Shown here piece by piece: positions 25,662 to 32,000 of a DNA stretch of 32,000 nt. The DNA is taken from positions 60,001 to 92,000 of the forward strand of contig JAWBCC010000001.1 in the NCBI GenBank assembly GCA_038823825.1. Reading direction: 5' to 3'. The notes beneath the pieces are model-generated. The model searched no databases. It was given only the letters and a program-made list of their open reading frames with translations, and was not told the origin of the DNA. A program made the position numbers and the translations under genes. This DNA is from Candidatus Hadarchaeales archaeon. Its GTDB lineage: Archaea > Hadarchaeota > Hadarchaeia > Hadarchaeales > Hadarchaeaceae. How positions within the stretch are numbered: position 1 is the stretch's first letter; each line of letters begins with the position of its first letter.

Positions 25662-26807
25662 TCACCCTCTTGGGATTGGGAAGCATAGGATAAAAATAGC
25701 TAAACATGCGGCGGCCTTGAGCTTCGCTCGGCGAGACAGAGGATGGATGTCGTCGAGAGCACCGGGATGTCCTCGTGAAAACAAGAGAAATGCCACAAGT
25801 CCCCATAACCAGAATGGGAGCTCCGGATAAAACAAACCTGAGAAGAAAAGCGCGAGGCTCAGAAACCTAGTTAAATAGAAATGCCTTTCAAGACCTAGAA
25901 CCGCTCTGGCAATGTGACCTCCGTCTAGTTGGCCCAAAGGCATGAGATTAAGGAAGGTTATCACTAACATTACCAAACCAGCAAATGCGAAGGGATGAAG
26001 ATTTAGGTTGACTGGAAGTCCCAATAGGCGTCGGATTGCATCGAAGATAAGGGGAGCGAGATATGGTGCGCTATTTTCAGAAGCAGGTGAGGAGAGTATG
26101 AGTCCAGCTGTCAGAAAAACAAGTGACATGAAGAAGCCCATTATTGGACCGTTTGATCCAATCTCTACCATGGCATCTCGAGACGGCGGTGGTTCTCTCA
26201 TTTCTACTATAGCACCCATTGTTCCTAATATGCTTGGGAAAGGTATGAAGTACGGTGGACTGGTTCGGATTTTGTTCTCTCGTGCGGCCAACAGATGTCC
26301 CAATTCATGTGCTCCCAGAAGAGACATCACCGCGAAAGAGAAAAAGAGTCCACCATGGATAGTTTTCGTCCAGAGATAGCCCACAGAAAAAGTAGAGATT
26401 ATAGTGACTATCAGCAGGATAATGCTTGGAGCCAATCTTTTTTGAAACTCGGGAATTTTCATTAGGTATATTTTTATAGTACTGTTAACTTTCCGTAACC
26501 CAGAAAGGTATCCCTTCTGCTTCATTCTTCTTTGAAATTTCAGAAAAGTGTTCTTGCCTGGAAGTGAGCATACTTCGATTTCTATCCAGTTTTCTTTTGC
26601 AATGAAATCCTCGATTTCAGAAAACTTATTAACTTCATTTAGAATCTTCGAAATCCAGTCAGGTGTTTCTCTGCTAGCCGCCACGAGAGGCGAGCCACAC
26701 TTAGGACATTTCTCGGAACTTTCCTTTCCAAGCTCCGCCAGGGACATTCGATAGTCGACATGGCCGCATTTCTTGCATTCAAAGCGTGTTGAAGGTAGCT
26801 CTTTCAT
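25662..26807 (-). CDS. Site-2 protease family (M50) membrane metalloprotease with N-terminal Zn-ribbon
   Basis: 381 aa; CKKCG...CPKCG, HELGHLLAAR, and NLMPLGQLDGGH (second metal-ligand motif). Multiple TMs. Confidence 0.85.
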   Translation of the reverse strand: MKELPSTRFECKKCGHVDYRMSLAELGKESSEKCPKCGSPLVAASRETPDWISKILNEVNKFSEIEDFIAKENWIEIEVCSLPGKNTFLKFQRRMKQKGYLSGLRKVNSTIKIYLMKIPEFQKRLAPSIILLIVTIISTFSVGYLWTKTIHGGLFFSFAVMSLLGAHELGHLLAARENKIRTSPPYFIPFPSILGTMGAIVEMREPPPSRDAMVEIGSNGPIMGFFMSLVFLTAGLILSSPASENSAPYLAPLIFDAIRRLLGLPVNLNLHPFAFAGLVMLVITFLNLMPLGQLDGGHIARAVLGLERHFYLTRFLSLALFFSGLFYPELPFWLWGLVAFLLFSRGHPGALDDIHPLSRRAKLKAAACLAIFILCFPIPRG

Positions 26808-26844
26808 TCTAACTCACAATTGAGAATTACTCCGTAGAGAGAAT

Positions 26845-27405
26845 TTAAGGAATTCCGGTCCAGCGTTTGTAAAGATCATGTGAGATGTTTAGGACATCCA
26901 GAACCTTTCCGATCACAAAATCCACGAGCGACGTAATATCCTTTGGTTTATGGTAAAAGGCTGGATTAGCCGGCAAAATGATTCCACCAGCTTTGCAGAT
27001 CTTTAACATGTTTTCCAGATGGACAAGATTTAATGGCGTTTCTCTGATGACAAGTACCAGTGGACGTCTCTGTTTCAGGCAGACATCAGCCGCTCTAGCA
27101 ATCAGATCGTCTGCTATGCCGTTGGCTATTTTCGCCAATTTACCCATACTGCAGGGTATTATCACCATTGCATCAATTTTGTATGAACCGCTTGCTGGCG
27201 GCGATGTGAGGTCGTTATAATCGTAACATTTTGTGGCTAGCTTCTCAAGATTTTCTTTGCTTTCTCCTATTTCGTATGAGAGTATTTTTCTAGCAGTGTC
27301 GGACACGATGAGCTCAGTTTTTATATCAAGCTCTTTACATACTTCCAAAAATCGTTTTCCGTAAATTACGCCACTTGCCCCGGTAATTGCGACTAGTATT
27401 CTCAC
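26845..27405 (-). CDS. ubiX: Flavin prenyltransferase UbiX/Pad1
   Basis: 186 aa; GTG start. ILVAITGASGVIYG, IIPCSMGKLAKIANG and LVIRETPL. Confidence 0.9.
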   Translation of the reverse strand: MRILVAITGASGVIYGKRFLEVCKELDIKTELIVSDTARKILSYEIGESKENLEKLATKCYDYNDLTSPPASGSYKIDAMVIIPCSMGKLAKIANGIADDLIARAADVCLKQRRPLVLVIRETPLNLVHLENMLKICKAGGIILPANPAFYHKPKDITSLVDFVIGKVLDVLNISHDLYKRWTGIP

Positions 27406-27409
27406 GGTC

Positions 27410-29647
27410 TCAACTCTCAGATCGGTTTTTTCTCAAAAATGCTTTTCTCCAATTGTTATATCCAATTAGAAAAGCTGGTAGAACGAAGAATGCTACCAGC
27501 AGCGCGTAAGTCACCACTAGAGCAGTTAGCAATCCAAATCTTGCCATAGCGGGCATTCTAGACAAGGAGAGTATGGCGAAGACTCCAGCCGTTGTTGCAA
27601 ATCCCATAAGAACAGGGGGTAGAATCTTCGGTAAACTTTCGACTAGGGCTTTATCCGGATTTCGGCTTCTTTCTTCCAGATATCTATGTGTTATGTGAAC
27701 AGCATAATCTATTCCGAGACCAATTACAAGAGCAGAAATTCCGATCGTCAAAACGTCTAGAGACCATCCAGCCAGTCTCATCGTTCCGAATTCCCAGGAG
27801 AGAGCCAGGAGCAAGGGTAGCATAGCTCCAATACCAAGCAAAGGAGATCTGAAAAGAACTACAAGTGTAATGAAACAGAGGATGATCGTTAACAGAGTGG
27901 ATCTCATCATACTTCCCCAAAGACTCCCCATTATGTCGCTGAGAATAACTGGGAAACCGGTTACGGCGGGGGCTCCGTTTATTCGCAAATTCAAATTTCC
28001 TTGATAGTTTTCAACATGTTTTCTGACTATCTCGGTTGCTTTTCTCATTTCATCTTCGCTTCTTGTGTTAACGAAAAAGTAGATGAGGGCAACATTGTCT
28101 TCACTGAGTACTGGGATCTTTTTAGTTCGATCGATTGATTTCAGCATTTGTACGATTAGTGCGTCATCATTGGGTAATGTGCCGCCACTCATAATTAGCA
28201 GAAGATTAGCAATGCTCCAGCTGTGAGTTATCAATCCAGTGTTTTTTGGATCAGATAAAACGGCGTTTTCAAAAATAAGCATTTCTTGCAAACTTTCGCT
28301 TGTAGTGGTTTGTCCTCTTGCGATTACCCAGATGGCTGTCTGCCCACCAAAGTTGTTCTCAATCATTTCGAAAGTTCTGACCGACTCGATGTCGGAAGGT
28401 AGGAAAGTTTCAAAAGACATGGAGGTTTTCAGACTTAGTGCCGAAAGAGCAGATGGGATAGAAATCAACATGACGATAATTAGAACCAACTTCCATTTAT
28501 GCGCCGTGGTCAAACAAATCTTTGCGAGTCTCCGACCAAACTTTCTCTTCACCTCAATTTTCTTTTCATGTTTTTTCCCAGCATCGCGGAGAATTACTAC
28601 CGCGGGAACGAATGATAACGCTAATCCAAAAGCACAACCTATTCCCAAAGCAGCAAAATATCCCAGATTTCGGATCGGGACTAACCAGGAAACACCAAAT
28701 GAAGCGAATCCTATAATCGTGGTGACAGCGGCGACCAATATGGCTTTTCCGGTGGTCTTTACGGTTATATTAGAGGCCTCTACGGCATTGCTCTTTTCTC
28801 TCTCCTCATGGTATCTTTTCATGAAATAAATTGCATAATCTACACCCAGACCGAGAAGGAGCGGTATTAAAGCAACATGCAGAGTTGTAAATGATATTCC
28901 TAAAAAACCCATTAGACCAATTGTCCAAAGGCTAGCTATCCCAACAAGGGAGATTGAGATCAAAACGTCAGATAATTTGCGCAAGGCGACGAGGAGCACG
29001 AAAAGTACAAAAATGCCAGCCACCGGTATCAGAATTCTGTTATCTCTATTCATAAGTTTGTTCATGTCAGAATACATGACAATATCTCCGGTCATGCTTA
29101 TTCCAAAGTTTTCTGTTTTCAAGTTTTCCACACATCTCTGGAACAGCTGAATGATTTTTCCTCTTTCTCGCGTGTTTACCGGATAGATGCTCACTGTAAC
29201 CAATGCTGAGCGGTAATCTTCGCTAAGACTTCTGCCAATTATTTCTTTTCTAAGATTATCATTGGAGAGAATGTTATCGATCAAATCTTTCAGAACGGGT
29301 TCTGGAGGAATTGGGCGATCCAGAGATACAATATAGTCTGCAAAGCTCTGTACACGCAAGATTAACATCCCTAAGTTGGGGTCCGAGAGTAAAGAATTCT
29401 CAAGAGTTCTCAGAATTTTTACACCCTCTGGTGTGGCCAAATTTTCTCCACTTACAACGAAAAAAATTGTTGAGCTCTGGGGAAATCTCCCCTTTATTTC
29501 ATCCAAAGCCTTGATGGATGGATAATCCTTCGGAAGAAATTCTTCGAATTCTACAGTGGTTTTAAGTTGTCTGGCTCCGATAACCATCAAAGCTGATACA
29601 AGCGAGACCATCACTAGGATGATGACTGCGCCTCTTTTTGTGATCAT
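27410..29647 (-). CDS. MMPL/RND-superfamily exporter (COG1033 type, 12 TM, two large loops)
   Basis: 745 aa. The duplicated motif GLGVDYAIYFMKRYHEERE / GLGIDYAVHITHRYLEERS is typical of MMPL/HpnN-like transporters. Confidence 0.8.
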   Translation of the reverse strand: MITKRGAVIILVMVSLVSALMVIGARQLKTTVEFEEFLPKDYPSIKALDEIKGRFPQSSTIFFVVSGENLATPEGVKILRTLENSLLSDPNLGMLILRVQSFADYIVSLDRPIPPEPVLKDLIDNILSNDNLRKEIIGRSLSEDYRSALVTVSIYPVNTRERGKIIQLFQRCVENLKTENFGISMTGDIVMYSDMNKLMNRDNRILIPVAGIFVLFVLLVALRKLSDVLISISLVGIASLWTIGLMGFLGISFTTLHVALIPLLLGLGVDYAIYFMKRYHEEREKSNAVEASNITVKTTGKAILVAAVTTIIGFASFGVSWLVPIRNLGYFAALGIGCAFGLALSFVPAVVILRDAGKKHEKKIEVKRKFGRRLAKICLTTAHKWKLVLIIVMLISIPSALSALSLKTSMSFETFLPSDIESVRTFEMIENNFGGQTAIWVIARGQTTTSESLQEMLIFENAVLSDPKNTGLITHSWSIANLLLIMSGGTLPNDDALIVQMLKSIDRTKKIPVLSEDNVALIYFFVNTRSEDEMRKATEIVRKHVENYQGNLNLRINGAPAVTGFPVILSDIMGSLWGSMMRSTLLTIILCFITLVVLFRSPLLGIGAMLPLLLALSWEFGTMRLAGWSLDVLTIGISALVIGLGIDYAVHITHRYLEERSRNPDKALVESLPKILPPVLMGFATTAGVFAILSLSRMPAMARFGLLTALVVTYALLVAFFVLPAFLIGYNNWRKAFLRKNRSES

Positions 29648-29651
29648 AATT

Positions 29652-29972
29652 TCAGCCTTCTAGCTCCCTCAGCCTTTTCATCCTTTTAAGAAGAACCAGT
29701 CTAGCAGACTTTAGAAAATCGCGAACTTGAAAGTGATAAATATGCGCAGTTTTACCTTTTTCAGTTCTTACAACTTTTTTGCGAATAAAGCCAAACTGAT
29801 GCAGTTTCTTAAGGTTGTGCTTTATTGCTCTTTCAGATCTTTTTGTTTTCCTCACGATTTCTTTTAAAAAGAGACCTTTTCGATGCGAAGATAAAGTAAG
29901 AAGTATTTGTCCTCCGACGGGTGGTATGTTTAACATCCCACTTACTTCCTTAATTATTCTTTGTGTTTGCAT
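29652..29972 (-). CDS. Small wHTH transcription regulator (ArsR/TrmB-like), first gene of the exporter operon
   Basis: 106 aa; LFLKEIVRKTKRSERAIKHNLKKLHQFGFIRKKVVRTEKGKTAHIY. Its stop lies 4 nt before the exporter start. Confidence 0.65.
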   Translation of the reverse strand: MQTQRIIKEVSGMLNIPPVGGQILLTLSSHRKGLFLKEIVRKTKRSERAIKHNLKKLHQFGFIRKKVVRTEKGKTAHIYHFQVRDFLKSARLVLLKRMKRLRELEG

Positions 29973-30049
29973 CGTAGGTTATATCACTCCAATGGTTTTA
30001 TAAGCTTTACTTTTAAGGGTGAAAAATAGAATGCACAGGAGGAATTGAC

Positions 30050-31543
30050 ATGTCACATGAAGTGATCATCACCTCAGACAGATCTCTCATGTCGGAGTAT
30101 GGATACTCGATCTTTGTAGGATTTGCAGCTTGTGCTCCAAAGCTCATTTCAGACTTTCTCTATAAGTTGTTTCTTAGTCCACCAGTTGGAAATCATAACG
30201 GAATAGCGGAAGCGGCGCCCTGCGGCACTAGAAAGATGGAAGCGGCTCTGCTAGAGGCTGGCATAGATGTTGTTGTGGCTCATCCGGACCATCTGGACAA
30301 TGTGATAGACAAAAACACGAAGGTCGTAGGAATCACCACCAATGATCCACGCGGTTTAGGTCCAGCTTCCACTACTTTCAGCAGTCTTACGAGGAAAAGG
30401 ACGTTTTCTGCGATCTTTTTCGAGAAAACAGTGAAAAAAATCAGAGAAGTGGCAAAACGCAGAGGTAATACTTCGCTCAAGATAATCGCTGGGGGTCCGG
30501 GCGCTTGGCAGTTGGCAGATGAGAAAATTTTAGAAAGTTATGGAATAGATTGTGTGCTTGTCGGAGAAGGAGAAATAACGGGTGTGGAAATTTTCAAGAA
30601 GGCTCTTAAGGGAGAACCTTTGCCGAAAATTGTTTACGGCGAAACAGTCCCTGTAGAGAAAATCCCTTCCATAAAACATAGAACAATAAGCGGTTTGGTT
30701 GAAATTGCAAGAGGCTGTGGTAGAGGCTGCAAATTCTGTGTTCCTAATCTCAGAATTTTCAGGTGTCGACCCATCGAGAAGATAATGGAAGAGGTAGAGG
30801 TGAACCTGCGTGAAGGAGCACACGAGATACTCCTACATGCAGAGGATGTTCTTAGATATGGGGCTCAAGGACCAATACCAGACGAAAGCAAGGTTCTAGA
30901 ACTTTTCGGCAAAGTATTAGAAAAAACTTCAAAGATATCCATATCCCATTTTGCATTTGCTTCGGTTGTCTCCAAGCCAGATTTGATTCCAAAACTCACA
31001 CAACTTCTGGACTCGAAAACGGATGCTAAATTCTATTCGGGACAGGTGGGCATTGAGACGGGATCACCTAGGTTAATGGAGAAGCACATGTTTGGAAAGG
31101 TTCTTCCTTTCAAGCCTGAACAGTGGCCAGAGATCGTCATTGAAGCGCACAAAATTTTGGCCGACCACCGATGGGTACCATGTTCGACCTTGATTTCAGG
31201 TTTACCAGGAGAAACCGCAGAAGACATACGCAAAACGATCGAGCTTGTCCAGAATCTAAGAGAATACCGGTCGCTTATAGTTCCACTTTTTTTCGTACCT
31301 CTAGGTGGACTGGAAGGAGGAAAGTTTTTCTCAAAAGAAGACATGCTACCTGAGCATTGGATGCTGATGGCCGAATGCATAAAACACGATTTCAAGTGGG
31401 TTGATGATCTTGCGAAAGATTATCTTTCAGATCCTTTCCAAAGATTTTTTGTTCGACAGATAGTTTTTAGGATATTCCGCAGGGTCTTAAAAAAGCCGAT
31501 CAAGTTGATGGAGGAAGGGATAGATCCCACCACCGCTGGTTAA
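30050..31543 (+). CDS. Radical SAM protein with N-terminal B12-binding-like domain (COG1032 type)
   Basis: 497 aa; AGGAGG at 30037-30042. Rossmann-like N-terminal half (VVGITTNDP, IIAGGPG), then ARGCGRGCKFC (CX3CX2C). Confidence 0.75.
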   Translation: MSHEVIITSDRSLMSEYGYSIFVGFAACAPKLISDFLYKLFLSPPVGNHNGIAEAAPCGTRKMEAALLEAGIDVVVAHPDHLDNVIDKNTKVVGITTNDPRGLGPASTTFSSLTRKRTFSAIFFEKTVKKIREVAKRRGNTSLKIIAGGPGAWQLADEKILESYGIDCVLVGEGEITGVEIFKKALKGEPLPKIVYGETVPVEKIPSIKHRTISGLVEIARGCGRGCKFCVPNLRIFRCRPIEKIMEEVEVNLREGAHEILLHAEDVLRYGAQGPIPDESKVLELFGKVLEKTSKISISHFAFASVVSKPDLIPKLTQLLDSKTDAKFYSGQVGIETGSPRLMEKHMFGKVLPFKPEQWPEIVIEAHKILADHRWVPCSTLISGLPGETAEDIRKTIELVQNLREYRSLIVPLFFVPLGGLEGGKFFSKEDMLPEHWMLMAECIKHDFKWVDDLAKDYLSDPFQRFFVRQIVFRIFRRVLKKPIKLMEEGIDPTTAG

Positions 31544-31546
31544 TCG

Positions 31547-32000
31547 CTAACCTAAAACGACTGGTTTCCTTCCTAAAAACTCCGCTGCGGTTAAAACTTT
31601 CACACCTTTTCGTTCTCCGGTTTTCCAAACTTCTGCCGTTTTTTCTTTAAATTTCGGTTCTCTCAGCAAGTGGTGATCGTATATCAAGATTTCAAGATTG
31701 CTTGCCTCTTCCAGTATCCTTTCCGCGTTTTTCACGGCTCTTTTTAGGTTGGATTTTGCCACCAAGTATCCGAGCATGTAGGTGGATGGTCCATCAAGAA
31801 TCAATATATTCGGGTTTTGATCAATTATCCATTCTGCATAATTCTCGATAACGGGCCCATTTAAGTCAGAAGAATGAATTAGTTTTTCTTTACCATGTTT
31901 TACGATCGTAGAGAAAATCCAACCTATCTTAGAGAATTCGACACCATGGAAAAAAGGTTCGGACATTTGCAACTTGGTTCTACCGAATGTAAAAGTTTTC
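31547..32000 (-). CDS. MBL-fold-like hydrolase (UPF0282-like), C-terminal part; 5' end outside window
   Basis: The frame stays open from 31972 to base 32000 (KTFTFGRTKLQMSEPFFHG...). HSSDLNGP, LILDGPSTY and YDHHLLRE resemble the distal motifs of metallo-beta-lactamase-fold proteins. Weak call. Confidence 0.35.
   Translation of the reverse strand, partial: KTFTFGRTKLQMSEPFFHGVEFSKIGWIFSTIVKHGKEKLIHSSDLNGPVIENYAEWIIDQNPNILILDGPSTYMLGYLVAKSNLKRAVKNAERILEEASNLEILIYDHHLLREPKFKEKTAEVWKTGERKGVKVLTAAEFLGRKPVVLG

Noticed and set aside
28239-28829. 196-aa plus-strand ORF, and similar long antisense ORFs (9177-9599, 12193-12615, 21779-22345, 23419-23895, 26008-26379)
   Set aside because: All lie antisense or out of frame inside well-supported genes. 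They have low-complexity or Ser/Arg/Pro-rich composition.

Overview
This is a gene-dense archaeal chromosomal window with about 30 protein genes and 1 tRNA, mostly core genes.

Gene content:
- Left to right: tRNA-Ser + S13-S4-S11-RpoD operon (the partial rpoD at the left edge is absent from the ORF track), proteasome beta, an amidohydrolase, a CBS protein, archaeal-type GlyRS, an AEC-like permease.
- Then family-B DNA polymerase, MetAP, fibrillarin and Nop5 preceded by a radical SAM gene, class I GAPDH, PdxS, and an HD phosphohydrolase.
- A second minus-strand operon reads wHTH-MMPL/RND exporter-UbiX-S2P protease-Tmk. It is followed by a divergent B12-domain-type radical SAM gene and a partial MBL-like gene at the right edge.
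- Another minus-strand operon with overlapping gene boundaries joins a split MetE, a membrane-anchored transglutaminase-like protein, a JAMM/MPN+ protease and MptE.
- I saw no rRNA, CRISPR array, transposase, integrase or recognisable defence system.

What ordinary annotation does not explain:
1. The 344-bp metE/polB divergent spacer carries two GC-rich structured elements. One is a 71-nt element with crossing helices. The other is a 150-nt long palindrome with two perfect 11-bp helices and paired A7/T7 tracts.
2. A module at 7.2-9.9 kb has two wHTH genes separated by an array of TTACCTTTT/AAAAGGTAA dyads. It also holds a small charged protein, a DUF998-like membrane protein and an orphan PqqD-like (RRE) protein, which lies 1.1 kb from the transglutaminase-like/JAMM pair.
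3. tmk has a conserved N-terminal strand with no usable start codon. Adding one A to an A5 run would restore it.
4. An isoprenoid/lipid-themed neighbourhood at the right end.

All calls rest on reading motifs by eye. No database search or folding program was run.
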